DNA of 59,734 nucleotides from a virus (Duplodnaviria; Caudoviricetes): IMG/VR virus record IMGVR_UViG_3300008267_000087, positions 1 to 59,734 of that record; one strand, 5' to 3'. Shown piece by piece: positions 39,949 to 47,960 of this stretch (position 1 is its first letter; each line of letters starts with the position of its first letter). The notes under the pieces were generated by a model. It saw only the letters and a program-made list of their open reading frames with translations, ran no database searches and was not told where the DNA came from. The position numbers and the translations under genes were made by a program.

Positions 39949-40200
39949 ATGATTTTTATTTTAATTTATGTCGTAGGATTTATCCTAACACTAACATTCT
40001 TAAAGTTATTCGGTAAGAAGATGGAGATTGATTATGATCCACCACACGAACCTGACTATGATGACTATAAAAATAATGCAGAGGCATATCTATTCTTTTC
40101 TTTGAGTTGGTTTGTAACAGCACCAATTTTTTTAGTTGTAGTCATTGTTCAGTTGTTATATAAATTTTCTCAATGGTTTTTAAAATACCCAAATGTTTAA
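39949..40200 (+). CDS. Small two-TM membrane protein
   Basis: Hydrophobic helices. Confidence 0.65.
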   Translation: MIFILIYVVGFILTLTFLKLFGKKMEIDYDPPHEPDYDDYKNNAEAYLFFSLSWFVTAPIFLVVVIVQLLYKFSQWFLKYPNV

Positions 40201-40402
40201 TATGATACTACTAATATACTGGATACTAACAACAATATACGGAGTGTATTGGTTGGTTAAACACCCATCATCAAGACATGGAGATGATGATGATGAGTTT
40301 ACATTATTGGAAGTTGTTGCTAAGATAATTCCAGCGGCGATGATAGCTTGGGCAATCGTCCCAATGTTATTATTACACCAAGTTAAATTTAAAAGAAGAT
40401 AA
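40193..40402 (+). CDS. Small two-TM membrane protein
   Basis: Hydrophobic helices. Confidence 0.65.
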   Translation: MFNMILLIYWILTTIYGVYWLVKHPSSRHGDDDDEFTLLEVVAKIIPAAMIAWAIVPMLLLHQVKFKRR

Positions 40403-40403
40403 T

Positions 40404-40538
40404 ATGAAAAAGTTAATTAAAATTTTTAGAGTAGCTATCTGTAGAATATGTGGAAGAGATTGCGGTTCAATTGGTAGTGGTATGCCCATTAATGGTATGT
40501 GTGAAAGATGTTATGAGAATGGAGGTGATGATGAGTGA
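40404..40538 (+). CDS. 44-aa CxxC...CxxC zinc-ribbon peptide (not in ORF track)
   Basis: MKKLIKIFRVAICRICGRDCG...GMCERCYENGGDDE read by hand; overlaps the next start. Confidence 0.6.
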   Translation: MKKLIKIFRVAICRICGRDCGSIGSGMPINGMCERCYENGGDDE

Positions 40539-40989
40539 CGCACAAATAGTAATATCAGTAATTTTTGCTGTAGTATTTTTCGTAATTCTTATTTTTAATG
40601 TGGTTTCATATCCAAACGTGGAATTATATAAAAAGAAATACGATGAGTTGGAACGTGGTGTGTACAAATATGAAGAAAGTCATGGTAACTCACGTTATTT
40701 TTATCTATTTAGTTACGATATTAATACTCTAACATTTACTCGCACCGATGTTAATATCATATTCTTTTTAGATGGCGATATAAAACTAACAGATAATTTA
40801 TACATACACAAAAGTCATTTGTTTATGTCATTAGTTAGTTGGTACTATTGGAGAAAGTTCCAAAGATTAAAAGATGAGTTGGTTGAGACATATAATATTA
40901 GAAATCAAAGAGGTCGTTATGAACAATCCCATCATGAACGTTATATGAAACAACAGAACAAATTAGATTTTAAATTTTTTAGAGGATGA
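40531..40989 (+). CDS. Membrane-anchored protein ending in the FKFF motif
   Basis: N-terminal TM; last residues LDFKFFRG-stop. Confidence 0.7.
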   Translation: MSDAQIVISVIFAVVFFVILIFNVVSYPNVELYKKKYDELERGVYKYEESHGNSRYFYLFSYDINTLTFTRTDVNIIFFLDGDIKLTDNLYIHKSHLFMSLVSWYYWRKFQRLKDELVETYNIRNQRGRYEQSHHERYMKQQNKLDFKFFRG

Positions 40990-41390
40990 TGATACCATTT
41001 AAATTTTTTAAGGGAAAGGTTTATACTGATGAATTCACATTACTGTCGGGGAGAACTATTGCTCAAGATTTATCAAATTTATCAAATCAAGTTCAACAAA
41101 TAGTAAGAAGTCCTGAATTTATTCCTGCAGGTTATGTACAAGTGCCAATACCACAACCCAACTACGATAGTATTGTTATTAATATTGTAAGGAGATGTAT
41201 GAGAGATGTGTTAATTTGGAGAGGATATGAAACTAATGTAAGCGTCCCTGGTGGTTATTCATTACTAAAGATTGTAAGTGGAATTAATATTGGTGGAATG
41301 TTTCAAATACTTTACTTAATCACAAGAGACGGGAATACTGAACGTTATAATGTAAGTGTCCCATTAGTTAATTTACAAAGAAGAGGATAA
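40986..41390 (+). CDS. FKFF-motif protein
   Basis: MMIPFKFFKG. Confidence 0.72.
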   Translation: MMIPFKFFKGKVYTDEFTLLSGRTIAQDLSNLSNQVQQIVRSPEFIPAGYVQVPIPQPNYDSIVINIVRRCMRDVLIWRGYETNVSVPGGYSLLKIVSGINIGGMFQILYLITRDGNTERYNVSVPLVNLQRRG

Positions 41391-41391
41391 T

Positions 41392-41916
41392 ATGATAAAG
41401 GCATTTAATTTTTTCCGTGGGATGATTGGTCCGAGAGTTGTTGGTACCGGTGGTGCATTATTAAATGAACCATACATACCGTTGCAAATAACACATGCAC
41501 CACCAATGGGAATGTCCTATCGTCATTGGAATATGTTACCACAAGATTTAAGAGGCGGAGATCCGATACGAGCGGAAATATATGTTGCGGGATGGGAAGC
41601 TTGTCTTGGTAGTAATCTTCACGTTAATCCATATATGGGTTTTAATGACCCTATTATGATTGAAAATCGTGAGGTATGGAACCGAGGGTATATGGCATGT
41701 ATGAATAGAAGAACAAGAACATATACCGAAAGGGATATGGAATACTATCACACAGAAGAGTTTCTATTTTTTGATGTGTCCGAAGAAAGATACGACCCTA
41801 TTTGGTCAGAGCCATATAAAGTTATGTTGTATAGAAGTATTGAAGAGGGGAATACTGTAGAAGGACAAATAATTAAACCAGATCACTATATGTATAATTT
41901 TCCTGATGTAATTTAA
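41392..41916 (+). CDS. FKFF-variant protein with Rmf/CrpP-like domain
   Basis: MIKAFNFFRG; YVAGWEACLG....NPY....REVWNRGYMA. Confidence 0.7.
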   Translation: MIKAFNFFRGMIGPRVVGTGGALLNEPYIPLQITHAPPMGMSYRHWNMLPQDLRGGDPIRAEIYVAGWEACLGSNLHVNPYMGFNDPIMIENREVWNRGYMACMNRRTRTYTERDMEYYHTEEFLFFDVSEERYDPIWSEPYKVMLYRSIEEGNTVEGQIIKPDHYMYNFPDVI

Positions 41917-42094
41917 AAACAAATGATATGAGATTAAACGTAGAACTATTCGCATTTGACTTCCACAGAGTAGGTAGAAGTTGGTTTTCTTTTTTAGAAA
42001 TTAATTATGGTCATCCATTATTTTATATAGAATGGGGACAAGGTATGAAAATACAAATCAGTTTCTTATTTGGATTAATTAAAAATTATTAAAA

Positions 42095-42307
42095 ATGATA
42101 CAAGAAAACAAAACACATGTCGTAATGAAATCCGATAGTAAGGAAAAAAACATGGATGTGTGGATAGAAGGTGAAAGAGGTTACATCGATGGTTATGTAG
42201 GTGGTGGTTCTATTGCTGTGGTAATAGGTGATAGAATTATTATCTGTGACACTTGGGATGTGAAGGTTTACATTCCACAACCAAGACAAAGTATCGGACC
42301 GAGATAA
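42095..42307 (+). CDS. Hypothetical protein
   Basis: GERGYIDGYV; co-oriented run. Confidence 0.6.
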   Translation: MIQENKTHVVMKSDSKEKNMDVWIEGERGYIDGYVGGGSIAVVIGDRIIICDTWDVKVYIPQPRQSIGPR

Positions 42308-42499
42308 ATTAAAAATTATTAATATGGAATTTAGAAAAACACTAACAGATAAACGCCTTGAAGAATTATCTGATAAGGTAAGAAGAGGAACCCCAATCTC
42401 AATGAGTGAAGCAATGGAAGTGGTGGAATATCAAGAGATGTTAAAGAAAAATAAACTACCTTTCACAGATAGAATACTTAAATTCTTTAAAATAAAATT

Positions 42500-42649
42500 A
42501 TGACACCAAGAGAAAGAAAATATCACATAAACAAACGACTTCGTAAGTTGTTGTGGGAAGAAATAACAAGAGTAATTGATGAGGACATTCTAAATCAATT
42601 AAACGGTGGTGAACCTAATCCTGACATTGAAACATTTAAAACAAAATAA
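42500..42649 (+). CDS. 49-aa peptide with a gp23-like helix (not in ORF track)
   Basis: MTPRERKYHINKRLRKLLWEEITRVIDEDILNQL... read by hand. Confidence 0.55.
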   Translation: MTPRERKYHINKRLRKLLWEEITRVIDEDILNQLNGGEPNPDIETFKTK

Positions 42650-42650
42650 T

Positions 42651-42845
42651 ATGAAACTATATACAGAAGAACAAGTAAGAAGTTTATTAAATAAAATGGA
42701 TATTATTTATTCATTGGAGGATTTAACACCAATAGAACTACCAAGTGATAGAGATATAGAAATAGCAGCTAATGGTAACCAAGAACATTATGAAGGTGCA
42801 ATGTGGCTTAAATACAAATACTTAACCAAAACAAGTAACCTATGA
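42651..42845 (+). CDS. Hypothetical protein
   Basis: MKLYTEEQV...LTPIELPSD..GAMW. Confidence 0.6.
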   Translation: MKLYTEEQVRSLLNKMDIIYSLEDLTPIELPSDRDIEIAANGNQEHYEGAMWLKYKYLTKTSNL

Positions 42846-43033
42846 ATACAGTGTATTTTCAACCAGAAGGTATCAAACCCGAATACTGCGAAATTGGTAT
42901 GATTCACGAAACAGACAAAGAACATATTTGGTATTTAGATGAGCCTTGTAAAATATTGATAAGTGAGGTTAAACTTATACCAAAGGAGAATGTAATTTAT
43001 GATGCAAAAAATAAATCATATAAAATAATATGA
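42842..43033 (+). CDS. Hypothetical protein
   Basis: Coupled overlaps on both sides. Confidence 0.6.
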   Translation: MNTVYFQPEGIKPEYCEIGMIHETDKEHIWYLDEPCKILISEVKLIPKENVIYDAKNKSYKII

Positions 43034-43257
43034 AAACATTTAAGTTCCTCTCAAAGAAACAAGTTCGTATACCCAACAGATTTGCACTATTAAATCCAGA
43101 GGATAGAAACGTATTCACAAAAGGATATTATGATGCGTTTGATTGTTATAGTCATAGTCGTTCATTAGAGTCACCATACAATCCACTTGTGGAAGAATAT
43201 AAGTATGAATTATGGCGAGAAGGTGTCACGTTTTATGAACAAAATAATAATGTATAA
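43030..43257 (+). CDS. FKFF-motif protein with Rmf-like domain
   Basis: MKTFKFLSK; FTKGYYDA...SPY...ELWREG. Confidence 0.72.
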   Translation: MKTFKFLSKKQVRIPNRFALLNPEDRNVFTKGYYDAFDCYSHSRSLESPYNPLVEEYKYELWREGVTFYEQNNNV

Positions 43258-43652
43258 TGATAAAGGACTTCAAATTTTTTAGAGCTAACGAAACAAGAAT
43301 AAATTGGGAACTAACCGGTTTATTAGATGACGCAACAAATGTTCCATTATTGATTGGTGTATTAGACATCACATGGAAATATATTCAAGATAATAATCTA
43401 ATGGAAAATGATAGGGTTAAAAATATGTTGATTATCGTTATGGTTAAATTATATAGAGACAAATATAATTCATATAGTGATTATGATATTAGAGCTAAGA
43501 TTGATCAGGTTGCAACTTATTTTAATAGTGTTGCTGTAAGAAGAATAATCCAAGAACTTCAAGCTGGTGCTTGGATGAGTATTGATGTTGAAGCGGAGAC
43601 ACAACAAATTATTTATGAACGTGAAAAATGGGATGAAGATCATGGGTTTTAA
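43257..43652 (+). CDS. FKFF-motif protein with capsid-like segments
   Basis: MIKDFKFFRA; WELTGLLD and SIDVEAE. Confidence 0.72.
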   Translation: MIKDFKFFRANETRINWELTGLLDDATNVPLLIGVLDITWKYIQDNNLMENDRVKNMLIIVMVKLYRDKYNSYSDYDIRAKIDQVATYFNSVAVRRIIQELQAGAWMSIDVEAETQQIIYEREKWDEDHGF

Positions 43653-43878
43653 ATTTTTAAGGAACGGATTTATTTTAATCCCCGAAGACGGGAGAGAAAT
43701 CATTGTACCCAACAAATACAACACAACATATCAAAGGGACATATTTGTTAGTGGGGTATTGAATTTTAGATTGGGTCAACCCAGAGACTGTTGGACCAGA
43801 AGAAACTTAATAAGCCACGGAAGTAAACTAATATTTGATGATGGTTGGTTTGCCGAAACGCCAGATTTAAACCCATAG
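43642..43878 (+). CDS. FKFF-motif protein
   Basis: MGFKFLRNG (start 43642 or 43633). Confidence 0.68.
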   Translation: MGFKFLRNGFILIPEDGREIIVPNKYNTTYQRDIFVSGVLNFRLGQPRDCWTRRNLISHGSKLIFDDGWFAETPDLNP

Positions 43879-43880
43879 AA

Positions 43881-44204
43881 ATGACGCCATTTAAATTTTT
43901 TCAGAAACCAAAACCGAAGGATAACATACTATGGAATTTGGATATGGATGTTGCCTTAATTGCGGTGATAAACTATAAAATTAGTAGGGACATTGCAATG
44001 CAACACGGGGATACCGAATTGTGTCAGGTTAATTTTCCTGTGCGTAATTGTTGGTTAAGAATTGATAGGGTGGTGAATTGGGGTTCAGGTAATTTGGAAA
44101 TGGTTAGTATAGATTATCAGTTAATAGAATTAAACAATACATCATTTCGTTTCACATACACATCTGAATTATTAGTATTAATGAATAGATTAACATATGA
44201 TTAA
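43881..44204 (+). CDS. FKFF-motif protein
   Basis: MTPFKFFQK. Confidence 0.72.
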   Translation: MTPFKFFQKPKPKDNILWNLDMDVALIAVINYKISRDIAMQHGDTELCQVNFPVRNCWLRIDRVVNWGSGNLEMVSIDYQLIELNNTSFRFTYTSELLVLMNRLTYD

Positions 44205-44562
44205 ACCATTTAAGTTCTTCCAAAAGAATATAACAAGAAGTTGGTTATCGAGTATGCATCTCGGTCAATTACAATGGATGTACAGACCAGTAGGTGTGAT
44301 ATTCTATATGGAAAGGACAAACAATGATGGTGTGTTTACCGAGGAACTAAAAACAATGACGGTGGTGGTTGTTAGTAGATATATCAATTCATACAATCAA
44401 TTTATGGAAATGAATAGGAATAATATTATATTTGCATATGAATTCGTGGACAACACAAACATAAGTAATATGATACATTACGGCGAAGATAATTTTAATG
44501 ATATGCCAAAGGATATACCACTAATATTCAGAGGAGTAATAAGAAACAATGAAAACATTTAA
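44197..44562 (+). CDS. FKFF-motif protein
   Basis: MIKPFKFFQK. Confidence 0.72.
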   Translation: MIKPFKFFQKNITRSWLSSMHLGQLQWMYRPVGVIFYMERTNNDGVFTEELKTMTVVVVSRYINSYNQFMEMNRNNIIFAYEFVDNTNISNMIHYGEDNFNDMPKDIPLIFRGVIRNNENI

Positions 44563-44872
44563 ATTCCTAACAAACCCTTTATTAGTTACGATTGATGGGA
44601 AAGAAATCTATACAGGTACATACTTCTATAGTATGAATAAGCAAGATATAATATTACCAAATAAGATAACACCCAAATATACAATTGTAATAAGATGTAT
44701 CCATCCAATTTATAAGGATGTATTCAAACCTGATTACGATACATTATTATATTTTAGCACAAAGGAATCTGCCGAATTCTATAAGAGTAGATTAATACAT
44801 TGGGATGAACACGTATCAGGGGGAGAAGTATTCCATAACAACGCTGACATAACATTAACATTTAGAAGATGA
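44549..44872 (+). CDS. FKFF-motif protein
   Basis: MKTFKFLTNP. Confidence 0.72.
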   Translation: MKTFKFLTNPLLVTIDGKEIYTGTYFYSMNKQDIILPNKITPKYTIVIRCIHPIYKDVFKPDYDTLLYFSTKESAEFYKSRLIHWDEHVSGGEVFHNNADITLTFRR

Positions 44873-45195
44873 TAGACAATTTTAAATTCTTACAACAGAA
44901 AAAAAAACAATTCAAGTTGTTTCATCTAAATGTCTTGAACGATGTGTTCGGTAGAATACCATCATATCCTTGTCCGTTTGAGCCATATGATAATAATACT
45001 GAGGACGTTTATGGAACTGTGGGTGATTTAATAAATGGTAGATTAGGTATCGTTGGCATTTTTACAACATTAGTAATTCAAAGAATAGGTAGTGGTACTG
45101 TTGAAATAACATATAGCAATATTGATGGTGTAAATGAATTGGGTTTAATATTTGCGCGTGAAGATAGAGTAATCGTTAGATACAAAAGAAGATAA
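44869..45195 (+). CDS. FKFF-motif protein
   Basis: MIDNFKFLQQ, with a second copy QFKLFH. Confidence 0.72.
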   Translation: MIDNFKFLQQKKKQFKLFHLNVLNDVFGRIPSYPCPFEPYDNNTEDVYGTVGDLINGRLGIVGIFTTLVIQRIGSGTVEITYSNIDGVNELGLIFAREDRVIVRYKRR

Positions 45196-45196
45196 C

Positions 45197-45418
45197 ATGA
45201 TAAAGCCATTCAAATTTTTTACCAACCCCGCAAAGAACAAATGTCGATTAACCATTGGCAGTAGTTTTATATTCCAAGGTTACTATTGCGTTGTAACAAA
45301 GATGGGGTATCGTGTGTTTTGTTATCATAACCAAGAAACAAACAAAACATGTTATATGACATATGAATTCTATTTAACAACGCAGTCCGCAATGGGAAGA
45401 CAATTAAATAAAAGATAG
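45197..45418 (+). CDS. FKFF-motif protein
   Basis: MIKPFKFFTNP. Confidence 0.72.
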   Translation: MIKPFKFFTNPAKNKCRLTIGSSFIFQGYYCVVTKMGYRVFCYHNQETNKTCYMTYEFYLTTQSAMGRQLNKR

Positions 45419-45520
45419 CCACAATAACGCGCGCAAAAGTCCGGTGGGGTTTCCGGCGCCCGAGCATCAAATATGAACACCGGTTTCCGAATCTCAAATA
45501 TTTTAGTTATATTTAATTGT

Positions 45521-46117
45521 ATGCGAAAATTCAGAATGTTCAGAGGTTATGTCAGCCCAAACATAAGAAGGGTTACACCACAACCAAGGCGTCCAAGGAC
45601 ACCACTGGCAAATATACCCGTACCTGAATATTACCACCCAACACTTCAACCGACATTCAGACATGGATGGAGAGCATGCGAAAGGGGTTTAGACATCCAT
45701 CAATGCCCACATACAGCCACCGATGAATGGACAGTAACGGTGAGAAGAGCATGGGAATATGGATACACAGAATGTTTCAACAGGGATAGAGAGGGCAGAG
45801 CGCAACTAACAACCGCGATGATAGATAACATTCAACAACCCGAGGAGCAACCAAGCGTAGAAGAATTAAGCAGGGAAATAGAAACGTTCAACGAACAAGT
45901 TAACAGGATCACATCAATAGGACAAACATTAGGGATTCTACCAACATATCGGGTGCAAAACGGCACGCTCGTAAACAATAACGATGAAGCAAGCTACCTG
46001 CTCGGATGGGAATGCGCAAGAAATGGACATCCCGAATCGGATAATTCATTTCCAGTGGATTCAAATGGATATGCTTTCTGGAGATGTGGGTGGAATGACT
46101 TTGTGAACAATCATTAA
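45521..46117 (+). CDS. FKFF-variant protein with two Rmf/CrpP-like domains
   Basis: MRKFRMFRGY; FRHGWRACERG..QCPH...RAWEYGY and YLLGWECARNG....SF.....AFWRCGW. Confidence 0.72.
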   Translation: MRKFRMFRGYVSPNIRRVTPQPRRPRTPLANIPVPEYYHPTLQPTFRHGWRACERGLDIHQCPHTATDEWTVTVRRAWEYGYTECFNRDREGRAQLTTAMIDNIQQPEEQPSVEELSREIETFNEQVNRITSIGQTLGILPTYRVQNGTLVNNNDEASYLLGWECARNGHPESDNSFPVDSNGYAFWRCGWNDFVNNH

Positions 46118-46165
46118 TAGAATATAATATCGCTAGATGTCCTCAGCGATTAAACAGGGGAATAT

Positions 46166-46402
46166 ATGATAGACGACTTCAAGTTCTTTCAGGAGAACCA
46201 CATACACGCTTATAATGGCTTTTTAGCAAGGGAAGCCATAGCTTACTTCCGTGAGTACGTTGCAACCAATAGAACGCTCTATGAGGTTACAACGTTAATT
46301 GCAACATATAAAATGGGAACGGTGTCCTTTAACGCGGGATTCCATATTAATAAAGGGGAAATAACCCCATATATAACAGCACATGAAATAGATTATGTTT
46401 AA
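46166..46402 (+). CDS. FKFF-motif protein
   Basis: MIDDFKFFQE. Confidence 0.72.
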   Translation: MIDDFKFFQENHIHAYNGFLAREAIAYFREYVATNRTLYEVTTLIATYKMGTVSFNAGFHINKGEITPYITAHEIDYV

Positions 46403-46784
46403 GTTCAAATTTCTAAGCAATAATAATGAGGATGAAGACATCAGTGCATGGGACAATCTATTTGCGGATGGTGATGATGAGATACGAGGGGATAATCTTC
46501 TAATACGTGACTCTTCCCCTTCATGGATGTGGGATGATGAAACTTACACAATATTTAACCCCGATACGCAACCCTATCAGCTTGTAACCCAAACATTTAA
46601 TGGGATAATGGACTTCCTTGCGGGATTCCCACCAGGTTATATTGTGGTTGTGCATAGAATAGAGGGAATGGAATCAGGAATGGTGCATACCGCAAATTCG
46701 GAAAGAATGGGGTGGGGATTCGATATTCAACATGATTTAATACGCATTACTTACTATCACTTTTTAAATACAGATCATGCTTAG
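46395..46784 (+). CDS. FKFF-motif protein
   Basis: MFKFKFLSN. Confidence 0.72.
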   Translation: MFKFKFLSNNNEDEDISAWDNLFADGDDEIRGDNLLIRDSSPSWMWDDETYTIFNPDTQPYQLVTQTFNGIMDFLAGFPPGYIVVVHRIEGMESGMVHTANSERMGWGFDIQHDLIRITYYHFLNTDHA

Positions 46785-47022
46785 AGAATTCAAATTTCTA
46801 ACCAATCCAATAGATAGGGTATTTTACTTCACCGTGGGTTTCAATGCTGCAAACCTTGTGCTATATTATAGCGGGGATATGGATGATATGTCCATACAGG
46901 GGATTATACACCATATGAAGGTGGAATATGACGATTTCATTGTGGGGGACTTAATCAGGCTTAAAATGGAATGTGAGATGAACCAGCATCTGCAGGGGAT
47001 ATCAATATTAAATGAAAGATAA
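46777..47022 (+). CDS. FKFF-motif protein
   Basis: MLREFKFLTNP. Confidence 0.72.
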   Translation: MLREFKFLTNPIDRVFYFTVGFNAANLVLYYSGDMDDMSIQGIIHHMKVEYDDFIVGDLIRLKMECEMNQHLQGISILNER

Positions 47023-47073
47023 ATTTGGTGGATAAAGTAATGGTATGTATCTTTACACCCTAAAACAATTAAT

Positions 47074-47307
47074 ATGGCAAAACCAATTGAATTGACGCTA
47101 TCCTACTTTGGAAAGAGCATTACACAGAAGCAGTACTCATCCGTTCTTCACGTGGGGGATTTGTATAAGATGTTTAAAGGGATAATAATTGCTGAATTTG
47201 GGCAAGATGTATGGGAAGACATATCAAAGCCACAAATTGATAAGGAGGTTGTGGATATAAATTGGGAAGCCATGGATGAAGCTTATGGTGTAAAATTTGA
47301 TTACTAA
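47074..47307 (+). CDS. Hypothetical protein
   Basis: Follows a TTTG...TATCTTTA promoter-like site. Confidence 0.6.
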   Translation: MAKPIELTLSYFGKSITQKQYSSVLHVGDLYKMFKGIIIAEFGQDVWEDISKPQIDKEVVDINWEAMDEAYGVKFDY

Positions 47308-47320
47308 TCTGTAAACTAAA

Positions 47321-47536
47321 ATGCTCACAATGTGTAAAGCGCTATGTATAATGCTATTGGTTACCCTTATGACGTCCTGCAACCCATATATGCATCTCGG
47401 TGGAGCAGCCATGAGAAAATATAACCTATCTCAAAACAAATATACACCAAACAACCCATATATAAACTATAAGGAAACTAAACCCAAAAAGCATAGGGAA
47501 CATAGATTCTTATTTTGGCTATGGAGAAATATATAA
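47321..47536 (+). CDS. Putative lipoprotein
   Basis: Hydrophobic signal followed by the LMTSC lipobox. Confidence 0.55.
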   Translation: MLTMCKALCIMLLVTLMTSCNPYMHLGGAAMRKYNLSQNKYTPNNPYINYKETKPKKHREHRFLFWLWRNI

Positions 47537-47537
47537 T

Positions 47538-47771
47538 ATGAAAAGCAATAAAGAGATATCAGAATATCTATATCCTTATACAAGGGTAAAAGGAAAGATG
47601 AATGGAAAGCTTGTAAGTATGGCTGAACTAAGGGGAACCTTCTTCGTTGAGGTAGATAATAGGGATTCATTCCCAATCCCTAAGCTAAAGGATAGAATAA
47701 CGAACTATCTAAGAAGGAATGGATTCTCCTATGTATGGAATAGTCCGACAGAAGGATTCTATCAGAGATAA
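47538..47771 (+). CDS. Hypothetical protein
   Basis: Last gene of the plus-strand run. Confidence 0.6.
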   Translation: MKSNKEISEYLYPYTRVKGKMNGKLVSMAELRGTFFVEVDNRDSFPIPKLKDRITNYLRRNGFSYVWNSPTEGFYQR

Positions 47772-47810
47772 CTTCCGACTTTGGCGCCTTTTCACTTCCG
47801 AGTTTGGCGC
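47771..47810. repeat. 17-bp direct repeat pair ACTTCCGA(C/G)TTTGGCGC
   Basis: Copies at 47771-47787 and 47794-47810, between convergent genes. Confidence 0.85.
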
Positions 47811-47814
47811 ATGA

Positions 47815-47955
47815 TTAGGAATGTCCCATAATTAACTCTTGCTCCTCGTCGTCTAATACATAAGAACTCACTGAAGGTAATCCACTATAGTTGCATAGTG
47901 ATTCATCCCCTAATACTAATAATTCATCTTTGTCGAATTGGATATTGTTTTCCAT
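47815..47955 (-). CDS. 46-aa acidic peptide (LCNYSGLPSV; not in ORF track)
   Basis: Read by hand; follows the gene at 47961. Confidence 0.55.
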   Translation of the reverse strand: MENNIQFDKDELLVLGDESLCNYSGLPSVSSYVLDDEEQELIMGHS

Positions 47956-47960
47956 AGGTA

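Noticed and set aside
43030-47022. FKFF motif as a DNA-level slippery site or att/recombination site (TTTAAATTTTT)
   Set aside because: Synonymous variants (TTC AAG TTC TTC/CTC/CTA/CTG) break the nucleotide pattern but keep the peptide, and no shared flanking DNA repeat is visible.
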